Origin: Squalus acanthias
Taxonomy: Eukaryota
Length of the DNA: 64,000 bases
NCBI GenBank assembly: GCA_030390025.1
Contig: CM059438.1
Coordinates: 63,614,001 to 63,678,000, forward strand
Direction: 5' to 3'
In this document: positions 1-12,293 of the stretch, one piece after another
Layout of the letters: each line of letters starts with the position of its first letter
How positions within the stretch are numbered: position 1 is the first letter of the stretch
Translations under genes and position numbers: made by a program
Notes under the pieces: model-generated
Told to the model about the DNA's origin: nothing
What the model saw: the letters and a program-made list of their open reading frames with translations, nothing else
Database searches by the model: none

Positions 1-2409
1 ACCCCTGATCGGTACCCCGTGCCGCACATTCAGGACTTCTCGGCTAGACTGGCCGGCCGCTCAGTCTTTTCCAAGGTCGACCTGGTGCGCGGCTACCACC
101 AAGTCTTCGTCCACCCCGCGGACATCCCCAAGACGGCCGTAATCACCCCCTTCGGCCTGTTCGAGTTCCTGCGGATGCCCTTTTGCCTCAAAAACGCGGT
201 CCAGGCATTCCAACGGCTCATGGACTCGGTCCTTCAGGACCTGAAGTTCCTGTTCGTCTACCTGGACGACATCCTGGTAGCCAGTTCCTCCAAGCAGGAA
301 CACCTCGAACACCTCCGCATCCTGTTCCGGCGCCTCAGCGACCACGGGCTCATCCTCAGCCCAGCCAAATGCCAGTTCGGCCTGGACAAGATCGACTTCC
401 TCGGCCACCACATCACCCATGCTGGGGCCATTCCCCTGCCCACCAAGGTGCAGCCCATCCAACAATTTCCCCGCCCCACCACCATCAAAGGCCTCCAGGA
501 GTTCCTCGGGATGGTGAACTTCTATAACCGCTTCATCCCCAAAGCGGCGTCCCTCATGAGGCCCCTGTATGAAGCCCTCCGGGGCAGGAGCGGCAAGATG
601 GCAGTCGAATGGACGGCAGACGCGTCCGCCGCCTTCGACTCCACCAAGACCGCGCTCGCCAACGCCACCCTGCTCGCGCACCCATGGCCCAATGCCAGGG
701 TAGCGCTCACCACGGATGCCTCCGACCACGCGGTCGGCGCCGTGTATGAGCAGTGGGTCGACGGCGCCTGGCAACCACTTGCCTTCTGCAGCCGCCAACT
801 ACGCCCCCCGGAGGTCAAGTACAGCACCTTCGACCGCGAGCTCCTCGCGCTGTTCCTGGCGGTCCACCATTTCCGGTTTTTGCTTGAGGGCCACCCCTTC
901 ACGGCGTTTGTCGACCACAAGCCCCTGACATTCGCAATGGCAAAGACAACTGACCCCTGGTCTGCCAGGCAGCAGTGCCAGCTCGCGGCAGTGTCCGAGT
1001 TCACCACGGACATCCAACACGTCTTCGGCCGAGACAATGTGGTAGCCGACTGCCTCTCCCGCCCCGCCATCCATGCCGCACACCTGGCAGTCGACTATGC
1101 TCAACTCGCAGCAGACCAGATCACCGACCCTGATCTGCTCTCCGCACCCACCAACCTACCAGGGCTACGCCTGGCCGAAGTCGCCTGTGGCCCGACCACA
1201 GTCACGGTCAAGTGCGACATATCCCTATGTCAACCTCGGCCCGTCGTCCCAGCGTCCTGATGCCGCCGGGTATTCGACATTCTCCACAACCTCTCCCACC
1301 CCGGCGCCCGCGCATCCATCAAATTGGTAGCCAACCGCTTCGTCTGGCGCAGCCTTCGCAAGGATGTGCGTATTTGGGCCAACTCCTGCCTAGCCTGCCA
1401 ACGGGCCAAGGTACAGCAACACACGAAAGCACCCCTCGAGGAGTTTACCGTCCCCTCGCGGAGATTCGACCACATCCACGTGGACATCGTCGGGCCCCTG
1501 CCACCGTCTCAAGGCCATACGCACTTGCTGACCATCGTTGACCGCACCACACGCTGGCCTGAGGCAATTCCACTGACCTCTACCACCACCGCCGACATCG
1601 CCAGAGCCTTCGTCAGCACCTGGGTCGCACGGTTCGGCGTCCCCTCCGACATGACATCGGACAGAGGTCCGCAATTTACCTCTGAACTCTGGACCGCCAT
1701 TGCACGCAATCTCGGGGTGACCATTCACCGCACCACAGCATACCACCCCCAAGCCAACGGACTGTGTGAGCGGTTCCACAGATCCTTGAAGGCATCTCTT
1801 CGAGCCAGCCTCCAAGACGGCGCCTGGACCGACCGACTCCCGTGGGTCCTCCTCGGCCTGCGCACCGCGGTTAAAGAAGACCTCCACGCATCGGCAGCAG
1901 AGCTCGTGTACGGTCAGCCGCTGCGCGTACCCGGCGAGTTCCTGCCCACCGCCACGACACCCTGGTCAGCCGACCAGCAACGCCACGACTTCGCCTCACC
2001 GGCGCTGCAGTTCGCCCCGGTGCCCATTGCTCGACACGGCGAATCCACCTCACACGTCCCACTAAGCCTGCACCAGGCATGGTTTGTTTTCGTCCAGCAC
2101 GACGCCCACCGCGGACCCCTTCAAACCCCGTACGACGGGCCCTACAAGGTGCTACAGGCTGGGGACAAACTTTTCACCCTGCAAGTGGGCGACAGGACCG
2201 AAAAAGTGTCGGTTGACCGACTCAAGCCAGCACACTCGGAGCCTGGTGAGCAGGTCCCTGTAGCTCGTCCACCTCCACGTGGCCGACCTGCCCTCAAGCC
2301 GGTTCACCCAGCTGCTCCACGCCCGGCCGTTCCACGTCCACCGGCGTCCTACAAGAGCCACTCCGGCCGGCTCATCAGACCGCCGCACCGTCTCGTCCAC
2401 ACCTCCTAA
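1..2409 (+). pseudogene. pol: gypsy pol (RT-RNase H-integrase) with one premature stop
   Basis: ORFs 19..1260 and 1324..2409 share a frame; TGA at 1258-1260 where copy 2 has TGG. Confidence 0.93.
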
Positions 2410-2429
2410 ACGGATTCTGGGGGGAGCTG

Positions 2430-2670
2430 TGTGGCGGATCGCCACCTAAACGGGCATAACCCACTTTTCCGTCTGTGGACAATATATCGGCGAACCTTCC
2501 CTTTAAGGCACCTTACCTTTAAGGCAGGAGTGGGCGGGGCTTCAGGGTTTTTCCAGAGAATTCTGGGAGCAGCTTTCTCAGCCATTTTGTGTGCCATGCA
2601 GCTGAATTAAAGTTTCTTGTTTTCCACATATGGATTCAGCCTCCATTCGTGTTTCGCGGCAGCCTCAACA
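2430..2670 (+). repeat. 3' LTR of gypsy copy 1 (TG...CA, 241 bp)
   Basis: Follows GGGGGGAG tract; starts TGTGGCGGATCGCCAC and ends GCAGCCTCAACA like copy 2 LTRs. Confidence 0.93.
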
Positions 2671-2871
2671 GTACCACTCTTTAAATACATCAAGGAATAG
2701 ATTTTAATGGCACAAAAAGAAATAAACCATTACGTTATATTACGCTGCCCTATTGCGCTGATTCATTGAAGATTTTTTGTTTGCGATTATGCAATCAAAT
2801 TTTATTGGAAACTTGAACTGTAACCGAACCAGCGCAATTTCGAGCGTATTTTGTGTGCAATTTCCACCCCC
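2671..2871. mobile_element. Right end of a TIR/MITE-like repeat interrupted by gypsy copy 1
   Basis: Similar to 55105-55320 (shared CTTGAACTGTAACC..ACCAGCGCAATTTC block). Confidence 0.6.
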
Positions 2872-2956
2872 TTGTACTTTGAAACTTAAAAATTCCATAA
2901 CTCACCAGAAAGTCAAATTATTTATGAATGCACACAATATAAACATTAGACATAAT

Positions 2957-3324
2957 GGGGGCGATTTCCAGCTGCCGGCTGCCTGATTCACGAGGCTCCC
3001 AGCAATTAAAAATAGCAGGGAAACAGCGGCCGCCCCTTGGATGCTCCTCCTGGCTCTCCTAAAACACTGCGGCCCGCTGCTGCCCGCACCTCCCACCTTT
3101 TACTGCCGACTTCCAGCTCGGCTTGTCTTGGTCGGCCCGTTCATGGAGCCGCTGGACTTTCGGTCCCTGGTTTGACGAGTTGCCTGCTAGCACTCAATGA
3201 ATACTAGGCAGCTTTCCAACTGTGTTCAGGTGGTTCAGGCCTCCTGCTAAATCTATCAGGCAGATGCTGTCGACGCGTTGCTGACTTTGTGCCCATTTTG
3301 GGGCCAAAGTTGAATATCGGCCGC
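2957..3324. mobile_element. Degenerate GC-rich MITE (Harbinger-like)
   Basis: GGGGGCGATTTC...AATATCGGCCGC imperfect TIRs; flanks AAT/ACT. Confidence 0.5.
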
Positions 3325-3671
3325 ACTGCAGCTACCAGGGAACAGTGATAGCAGGCGTTCTTTTAAGGCCCGGTGTCGGGACTCCAGAGGCATGTAATGC
3401 CAGGGAAAACAAGAGGACATTCTCTGCATTCCGGCATAAGTTATCAACACCTCCTCTCCAGCCAGGGTGAGATGTCTAATACCAGAGGTTAGGCTTTAGA
3501 ATGTACATTTCAGGGTATTCCAATTCACGTGTGCTGCAGAAGTCTGAAATGCTAACTGTTCATTGTTTCCAGGTGGAGTATGCTTTGATACACCTGAGTG
3601 CCAATTGGAGACTATGGTTTCAATAATAAACATGAGTTTAATTGACCACCACACGCTGAGAACATAATATT

Positions 3672-5122
3672 GGGCGAGAAATTCGGTATCGCCCCGCTTG
3701 GGGCGCTAACTTTTGGGAAGTTGGAAGTTTAGTGCCTGGCGCTAATCAATCTCACTGCCCGCTAAGTTCAGTCTCAGCGCTCAAAGAATGCAGGGGAGCA
3801 CTACTTCAGGCGCTAATGGCGTAGGGGAGTGGCATTCGGCTTCAAGCAATAAGGAATATGGGCGGGAAAATTCGTTAGCGACCATTAACATCGCCTGGGC
3901 GCTAAATTTAGCCCCCGGAGAAAAATAGCGTCGGCGATCACTAACTTCAGTTTTAGCGCCCCAAGACGGAGGTGGAGCGCTAATTCAAGCGCTCCACTTC
4001 CTTCTTAGAACGCTAACCCCGAATATCGGGGTGGAGCGTTCTGCAGCGCCATGCACTGGGCCACGCAGTGCTGCCGCATTGAAAGGCTCCCCTCATTAAA
4101 GGGGAGGGCCCAAGCCCACAACTCTGCGGGGCCCGACCTTCAGCACCGGGGAGCGGGTTGCCGTGCCAGCAACCCGGCACTCAAGAGGAGTTGAAAGATG
4201 CAACGGGCTGTGACAAGTAAGTCGACCGATTTGTTTTTCCCCGCCCGCCACCTCCTCTTTCGCTAGTGCCCCGCGAGCCTCCTGCCGCTCCGTTCCCGCC
4301 CCATGAATCGGTCGCTGTCATCGCCTGGCGCAGATTCAGGGGGCGCGAGTCAATTTTGCAGGTGGGGTGAAAACGGGGCACTGCGCACGGTGATGACGTC
4401 ATCATCGCCTGCGCAGTGGAGCGGGGCATTATCAGTTACCGCCGCCGCTAAACTTCCGCTGAATTTAGCGGGAGTCGTTAGCAGTGCCGCGCCCGGGCGA
4501 AAAGTCATTTGTGCCCCGTTAGTGCCCAACAAGAGGCGCAAATGCACCGACTTTCTAGCCCCTGAGGTGTTGTGTAATCGGGAGTGAGCATTGGCGCAGG
4601 CGCCCTGCAGCCATTAAAGGGGAGGGTCACTGGAGTCTGCGCACCAGCCCCCAATGATTCGGGGAGTGCAGAACGGCGCTATGCTGTGGGATGAAATGCA
4701 AATTCCTTTGACGGCCCGCAACACTCTGGGGACTGCGCAGCCTTTATTTGGCTGCAGATACATCCTGCGCTCTCTGCCACTCATAACTGACCTTCGGAAT
4801 GGAAGTTCCTTGACAGCTGGGGCGCATCCCTTTAAGTGGCGCCCCACCAGCCGGCTGGTTCACGCCTCTGCTCCCTGGCGCTATCGGCGCGAGGCGGTAA
4901 GGCGGGGGGCGCTAACTTTGCAGATCAGGCGCCCAGCGCGCTGACGTCACGATCTGCATGGCGAAAGGTGCCAAGGCGCTAACTGTTATCGCCGGCGCTA
5001 CAGGGCCAGCGAATTTGCTGTGCGGCGCGGGATTCGCCCGCCGTGGTGCTATTGCCTGAGCGCCCCATTAACGCCCCTGCCAGGCGCTAACTGGGGGAGC
5101 TAACATGCCGAATTTCTCCCCC
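3672..5122. mobile_element. Harbinger-like MITE containing a nested related MITE
   Basis: TIRs GGGCGAGAAATTCGG...CCGAATTTCTCCCCC; flanks ATT/ATC; many GGCGCTAA motifs. Confidence 0.75.
3861..4561. mobile_element. Nested Harbinger-like MITE
   Basis: Similar to reverse complement of 52439-53130; TSD imperfect (ATG/CTG). Confidence 0.7.
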
Positions 5123-6047
5123 ATCATGTCCCAGAATTTGATGGAGCAGGACTTCTCGCGGCATGTCCCATTAGTTCACCCGTCAGCTGTCAAATTTTTT
5201 GCCCTGTAAGTGCAAGCTGATAATGGTGCGACAAGGACAACGGACCTTAGTGAATGGCGGGACCAAAAGTGTATCTCCTTAACCAATGAGAGTTAAGGAT
5301 TGAGAAATAAACAGAGAAATGACAGAGAGTGAGGGTGAATTAGAGTCAAATCAGGTACAGAAAGAGAAACAAAGAGAGGGAAAGAAAGATTGGATTAAGA
5401 GAGAGAGAATAAAGAGATAGAAATAAAAAGTAAGAATTAAAAAAAAAGAACAAGCAGAAGAAGAGGACATGGTGTTTGGGAATTGCTGTGTTGGTCCTCG
5501 AGAAGTTAATGAGTGAATAGTGGGGGAGGTGTATGAAATATGAGTGAAATTCTTGACCTAAGAAGTATAGAACCAGCAGCCCCATCCATCATGATCAGGA
5601 ACTGTGGAGCACCCAATATCTATGTCATTGCACTGCTTTCATGGGAATATAGGAGTTGCTAGATGAAAAAAGACCAATGTCCATCCAGTTCAACTTCTAT
5701 CATCCTGGTAGTCACATGATACAATGATAATTGAGTTGTTGACTAATCATAGCAATCAATCTCTATCAATTAGTCTCCAACAGACCCAGAAATGACACAA
5801 GCAAAACCCCAGTGGCGGAGAGCTTTGGGAAACATAACTCCAAAGTCAGCTGTTCCTCCCAAGCACGCTACACTTCCCGCATCTCATGTCTCAAATTACT
5901 CGTATGCTGTATTATTATAAGTGTTTTTTTCTGAAAGAAATTGATCTAATTTACACTTCTGAGTGTCGAAATAGCTTTGCATCCTGAAAATGAGTGCCTT
6001 CCGACACTAACAGGAGTGTGGATGGTCAGACTGGCACAACAACCTGC

Positions 6048-8957
6048 CAACAACAACAACAACAATGTGTATTTATATAGCACCTTTAACATAGTAAAAT
6101 GTCCCAAGGCGCTGCACAGGAGTATTTTAAGACAAAAAATTTGACACCGATCCACATAAGGATAAACTAGGGCAGGTGGCCAAATGCTTGGTCAAAGAGG
6201 TAGGATTTAACAAGCGTCTTAAAGGAGGAAAGAGAGGTAGTGAGGCGGACAGGTTTAGGCAGGGAATTCCAGAGCTTAGGGCCTAGGCATTAGAAGGCAC
6301 GGCCACCAATGGTTGAGCGATTATAATCAGGGATGCTCAAGAGGGCAGATTTAGAAGAGCGCAGATATCTCAGGGGGTTGTGGGGCTGAAGGCGATTACA
6401 GAGATAGGAAGGGGCGAGGCCATGGAGGGATTTGAAAACAAGGATGAGAATTTTGAAATCGAGGCGCTGCTTAACCGGGAACCAGTATAGGTCAGCGAGC
6501 ACAGGGGTGATGGGTGAATGGGACTTGGTGCGAGTTAGGACATGGGCAGCCGAGTTTTGGATGACCTCAAGTTTACGTAGGGTGGAATGTGGGAGGCCAG
6601 CCAGGAGTGCGTTCGAATAGTCAAGTCTAGAGGTAACAAAGGCATGGATGAGGGTTTCAGCAGCGGATGAGCTGAGGCAAGGGCGGAGACGGGCGATGTT
6701 ACGGAGGTGGAAGTAGGTGGTCTTTGTTATGTTGCGGATATGTGGTCAGAAGCTCATTTCAGGGTCAAATATGAGACCAAGGTTGCGAACAGTGTGGTTC
6801 AGCCTCAGACAGATGTTAGGGAGAGGGATGGAGTCAATGGCTAGGGAATGGAGTTTGTGGCGGGGTCCGAAAACAATGGCTTCGGTCTTCCCAATATTTA
6901 ATTGGAGAAAACTTTTGCTGATCCAGAACTGTATGTCGGACAAGCAGTCTGACATTTTAGACACCGGGGAGGGGTCGAGAGAAGAGGTAGTGAGCTAGAG
7001 CTGGGTGTCGTCAGCGTACATGTGGAAACTGATGCTGTGTTTTTGGACGATGTCGCCAAGGGGCAACATGTAGATGAGAAATAGGAGGGGGCCAGGGATA
7101 GATCCTTGGGGGACACCAGAAGTAATGATGTGGGAGCGGGAAGAGAAGCCGTTGCAGGTGATTCTCTGGTTATGATTAGATAGATAAGAATGGAACCAGG
7201 TGAGTGCAGTCCCACCCAGCTGGACGATGGCGGAGAGGCGTTGGAGAAGGATGGAGTGGTCAACCGTGTCAAAGGCTGCAGACAAGTCAAGAAGGACGAG
7301 GAGGGATAGTTTACCTTTGTCACTTTCGCAAAGGATGTCATTTGTGACTTTGATGAGAGCCGTTTCGGTACTCTGGCAAGGGCGGAAACCTAATTGGAGG
7401 GATTCAAACATGGAATTGCGGGAAAGATGGGCATGGATTTGGGAGGCGACAACATGTTCAAGGACTTTGGAGAGGAAAAGGAGGTTGGAGATGGGGCAGT
7501 AGTTTGCAAGGACGGAGGGATCAAGGGTTTTTTTTTGAGGAGAGGGGTGATGACGGCAGATTTGAGGGAGAGGGGGAGAGTACCTGAGGAAAGAGAACCG
7601 TTAACAGTATCAGCTAACATGGGAGCCAGAAAAGGAAGTTGGGTGGTCAGCAGTTTGGTGGGAATAGGGTCGAGGGAGCAGAAGGTGGGTCTCATAGACA
7701 AGATGAGCGCAGAGAGGTCCTGAGGTGAGATCGGAGAGAAACTGGAGAAAGATGCGAGTTCAGGGCTAGGGCAGGGGGGAACCTTAGAGGAAGTTTTGTC
7801 CAGTGGGCTAGGGGAAGGAAGGGAAGTGGCAGAGGCAGCTGAACGGATGGTCTCAATCTTAGAGACAAAGATGTCTATGAGCTCCTCACACTTGTTATCG
7901 GAGGTGAGGGTGGAGGAGACGGGAGAAGGGTTTAAGAAGACGTTTAGCAGTAGAGAATAGGAGCTGGGGTTTATCTTTGCATTCCAGAATGATTCTGGAA
8001 TAGTGAGCAATTTTGGCAGTCGAGAGCAGGGCCCGATAATGCTTTTTGTGGTCCAGCCAGATCTGGCGGTGAATGGCTAAACCAGTTGTCCGCCATAGCC
8101 GTTCAAGTCTGCGTCCCTTGGACTTAAGGGATCGAAGATGAGCCGTACCAGGGGGAATGGCCAGGGTGAGAGAGGGTAATTGTTTTAGTAGGGACTAGGG
8201 CATCAAAGGTGGTGGTGAGGGTGTGGTTGAGCAGATCAGTAGCTGCAGAAATGTCATGGTGAATGGAGGGCCAGAGGCTGGACAGTTGGGATTTCATAAG
8301 TGCAGTTGTAAAGAGTTGGGAGAGAGTTTTTTCCAGGGGCGGACACAGAAGGAAGGAGGGTTGGGGGTGGGGGTGGAAGGGGGATGTGGGTGGAGAGTGA
8401 TACGAGGAAATGGTCAGAGATGGCCTTATATGCAATTGACATGATGGGTGTAGCGAGGCCACGAGAGATGGCAAGGCCGAGGGATGGCTGTGAATATGGG
8501 TTGGGGAGTTTACATGGAGGGAAAGGTGAAGGAAGAATAGAAGGCTAGTGAACTCAGAGGAGAGAGAGAGCATGATGAATTAAGATGGAGGTTGAAATCA
8601 CCGAGGATGAGAAGTCGTTCGGTGCAGAGGCTGAGAGAGGACAAAAGTAAGATATCTCAGTAATAACATTTTTATGGTACTTAGGTGGGCGTAGAGAACA
8701 AGAATTTTAAGTGAGAGGTGAGAGGGGTGGAATTAGGTGAGATGCTCAAAGGAGGAGAAACTGACGGAGGAATAGAGGGACAGACCAAGGTATGATTTGC
8801 TGGTGAGAGCCACACCGCCACCACGGCGGTCTGAACGGGGCAAGTGGTGGAAGGTATAGCCAGGTGGGGAGGCTTCATCTAAGGGTAAGGTGTCATCACC
8901 CCTCAACTAAGTTTCCATCAGGGCCATGATGTCGATGCAGTCATCCACGATAAGCTC
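6048..8957 (-). mobile_element. L2-type LINE, degenerate near-full ORF2 (APE endonuclease + RT)
   Basis: Minus-strand peptides LLILGDFNLHL, LLDLSAAFDTVDH, GVPQGS, YADDTQL, LYWFPVKQRLDFK; (TTG)n tail at 6048-6066; multiple frameshifts. Confidence 0.9.
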
Positions 8958-9379
8958 ATGGGCACTAGAACTAGGGGGCATAATCTTAGAATAAGGGGCT
9001 GCTCTTTCAAAACTGAGATGAGGAGAAACTTCTTCACTCAGAGGGTAGTAGGTCTGTGGAATTTGCTGCCCCAGGAAGCTGTGGAAGCTACATCATTAAA
9101 TAAATTTAAAACAGAAATAGATAGTTTCCTAGAGGTAAAGGGAATTAGGGGTTACGGTGAGCAGGCAGGAAATTGGACATGAGGCTGAGTTCGGATCGGT
9201 CAGGGCCCTGTGGGTGGCGGAGCGGGCCCAGGGGCTGAGTGGCCGGGTCCTGCTCCTACTTCTTGTGTTCTTTAGATTTGAGGTTAGAATCAGATCAGCC
9301 ATGATCTTATTGAATGGCGGAGCAGGCTCGAGGGGCCGATTGGCCTACTCCTGCTCCTATTTCTTATGTTCTTATGTTC
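8958..9379 (+). mobile_element. CR1 LINE 3' fragment
   Basis: TRGHNLRIRG..FFTQRVVGLWN; (TTCTTATG)n tail. Confidence 0.92.
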
Positions 9380-10025
9380 TTAAAACTGCACACAGTACTC
9401 CAGGTGTGGTCTCACCAAGGTCCTGTATAACTGTAGTAAGACATCCTTGCTCCTGTACTCAAAACCTCTTGCAATGAAGGCCAACATACCATTTGCCTTC
9501 CTAACTGCTTGCTGCACCTGCATGTTTGCTTTCAGTGACTGGTGTACAAGGACACCCAGGTCCCTTTGTACATCAACATTTCCCAATCTATCACCATTTA
9601 AATAATACTCTGCCTTTCTGTTTTTCCTACCGAAGTGGATAACTTCACATTTATCCACGTTATACTTCATCTGTCATGTATTTGCCCACTCGCTCAACTT
9701 GTCTAAATCACCTTGGAGCCTCTTTGCATCCTCCTCACAACTCACAATCCCACCTAGTTTCCTGTCGTCAGCAAACTTGGAAATATTACATTTGGTTCCC
9801 TCATCCAAATCATTGATATATATTGTGACTAGCTGGAGCCCAAGCACTGATCCCTGAGGTACCCCACTAGTCACTGCCTGCTGCCCCGAAAAAGACCCAT
9901 TTATTCCTACTCTCTGTTTCCTGTTTGTTAACCAATTTTCAATCCATGCCAGTATATTACCCCCAATCCCATGTGCTTTAATTTTGCACACTAACCTCTT
10001 ATGTGGGACTTTATCAAAGGCCTTC
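9380..10025 (-). mobile_element. CR1 LINE RT fragment
   Basis: KAFDKVPH, GVPQGSVLG, FADD, RPHLEYCVQF. Confidence 0.92.
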
Positions 10026-10250
10026 AAATCTTCCCTTAACCTTTTCTGCTCTAAGAAGAACAACTCTAGGTTCTCTTGTCTCTCCGCGTAACTGAAGTCT
10101 TTCATCCCTGGTGCCATTCTAGAAAATCTCCCCTGCAATCACTCTAATCACCTTGACATCCTACCTAAAGTGGCCAAGATACTCCACCTGGGGCATAACC
10201 AGTGATTTTTAAAAAAGGTTTAGCATAACTTCCTTGCGTTTGTACTCTAT

Positions 10251-11011
10251 GGGCTGGATTTTCATTGACCCGTGGAGGCGGGTTTGGAGGCGTGTGGGGG
10301 GTTAAAATTGCAAAAACTGGCGGGCGGGCACAAGTCCGCCTCCATCCCGCCTCCACGCAATTTTCATTAAATCGTGTCTGCTGGTCCCGACTCCATCCCG
10401 CCTTTAAAAGGCGGGATAGGCTGTTAAGGCCCTTAACAAGCACTAAATTGGCTCTATAATGCCATTTTGAAAGGCCTTTGTGATTTTAACCCTTGTTCTA
10501 CGTGAAGCACGCCTTTTCTGAACCACGAATGTGAAAGCTGGCGGTAACACCTTTCGAAAGCTGACTATCAGCTGCAGGTCCACTATTACAACGGAGAAGT
10601 AGTAGTAGTAGTAGGAAAATATCTGGGAGCAGACCTAGGGCTGCTCATTTTGCATCCAGGTCCTCTCACAGCAAAGGCCAGGCAGTCTTTGCAGATGTCT
10701 TTGCAGATATCTCTCTCTCTCTCTCTCTCTATGTAAAAATATCTGGGAGCAGACTTAGGGCTGCTGCTGCTCATTTTGCATCCAGGTCCTCTCTCAGCAA
10801 AGGCCAGGCAGTCTCTGAAGACCTTCAATGCAGCAGCAATGATGACATCATCAGAGGCGACTTTCAGACTGAAAACACTAATTGTGTCATGGGTTTCCAC
10901 ATGCTGGAACTCAATTGCCCAATTAGGTGAAAATCGCATCAATCTCCCACATCCAATTTCAGTTGGGTGGATAACACGACCCCAACCCGCCCCAGTATCA
11001 AAATCCAGCCC
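10251..11011. mobile_element. Harbinger-like MITE, TSD TAT
   Basis: Perfect 12-bp TIR GGGCTGGATTTT/AAAATCCAGCCC; TAT on both sides, inside CR1. Confidence 0.88.
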
Positions 11012-11690
11012 TATGCCTATATTTACAAAACCAGGGATCCCATATGCCTTTTTAACAGCCTTCTCAACTTGTCCTGCCACCTTCAAACACTTGTGCACAT
11101 ACACCCCCAGGTCTCTCTGTCCCTGCACCCTTTTAAAATTACCTCTCCACATTCTTTCTACCAAAATTAATCACTTCACACTTCCCTGCAGTAAATTTCA
11201 TCTGCCAAGTGTCTGCCCATTTCACCAGTCGATGTCCCTCTGAAGTCTATTACTATCCTTCTCACTGTTTACTACATTTCCGAGTTTCGTGTCATCTGCA
11301 AACTTTGAAATTATGCCCTGTATCCCCAGGTCCAGGTCATTAATATATGGAAAAAAATCAGTGGTCCCAACATCAACCCCTGGTGACATCACTGCACACT
11401 TCCCTCCAGTCTGAAAAACAACTGTTCACCCCTACACTCTGTCTTCGCCAACCTTTTAAATAACTCCTCTTTATTTTTACCCCATCCAATTTCTGTACTA
11501 CCTCCTCCTTTGCTGTGACATTGGCAGCATCCTCTTCTCTAGTGAAGACAGATGCAAAGTACACATTTAGTACCTCAGCCATGTCATCTGCCTCCACAAG
11601 AAGATTTCCTTTTTGATACTTAATCGGCCCCACCCTTCCTTTGACTACCCTTTTACTATTTATATGTTTAGAAAAGACTTTAGCGTTCCC

Positions 11691-11823
11691 GTCAATAATA
11701 AATCGAAACAGAAAATGCTGGAAACACTCGACAGGTCAGGCAGCATCAGTGGCGAGACAAACAGAGTTAACGTTTCAGGTCGATGACCTTTCATAAGCAT
11801 CTGCAGTATTTTTCTTTTGTTCC
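11691..11823. mobile_element. Penelope-type (family B) terminal-repeat fragment
   Basis: GAAAATGCTGGAAA..GAGTTAACGTTTCAGGTC; flanked by AG(C/T)GTTCCC duplication. Confidence 0.7.
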
Positions 11824-12293
11824 AGTGTTCCCTCTTATGATAGCTGCTAATCTATTCTCATACACTCGCTTCGCCCCTCTCATGTCCTTTTTCAGTTCTC
11901 CTCTGTACTTTTTATATTCAGCTTGGTTCATTACTGGATTATGATCCAATACCTACTGTCCTGCAAAATGTACCTTTGGCCTCCAGTTAGTGTTGTTTGT
12001 AATGAGACAATAATATGTTGTTAAGCAGCTCAGTTTGCAACAAGCTACTAAAGTACCAGTAACTCCAAATAATAGGTAATACTGAACTGTAATTAATTGT
12101 ACCCAGAATACTGCATATATCAGGTGTTGTGACACTCATATATCCTATATTTCCAAGAACTAATATTCTACTTTAGCTTGGCCCAATGCCAGTGCCAATA
12201 CCAGTTTAATCTATTGTGAAACATAAAAGTTAATTGGGTCTGGGCTGTAAAAATAAAAATACTATTGTTAAATGTCTAACAAGGGTAATAACA

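Larger units (their letters stand above)
1..2670 (+). mobile_element. Ty3/gypsy LTR retrotransposon copy 1 (CsRn1-like), 5' part outside window
   Basis: RT (YLDD), RNase H (TTDASD), integrase (HHCC, D-D-E, GPY/F), purine tract and 3' LTR; colinear with 60155-62563 at constant offset 60154. Confidence 0.97.
10026..11945 (-). mobile_element. Older CR1 fragment(s) interrupted by a MITE and a Penelope-type repeat
   Basis: QRDLGVYVH..KAYGI and MAEVLNVYFASVFT peptides; sequence resumes after each insertion. Confidence 0.75.

Noticed and set aside
61..798. 245-aa antisense ORF (also 60215..60952) and other overlapping ORFs in the gypsy copies
   Set aside because: Shadow frames of GC-rich pol; shared only because the copies are near-identical; no recognisable motif.
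4181..4944. GC-rich ORFs and CpG-island-like promoters (also 49347-49879, 54154-54640)
   Set aside because: They lie inside TIR-bounded MITEs; peptides are low-complexity and frames are not conserved between copies.
10586..11164. 192-aa ORF with an internal repeat
   Set aside because: Chimeric read-through of CR1 into a MITE duplication.
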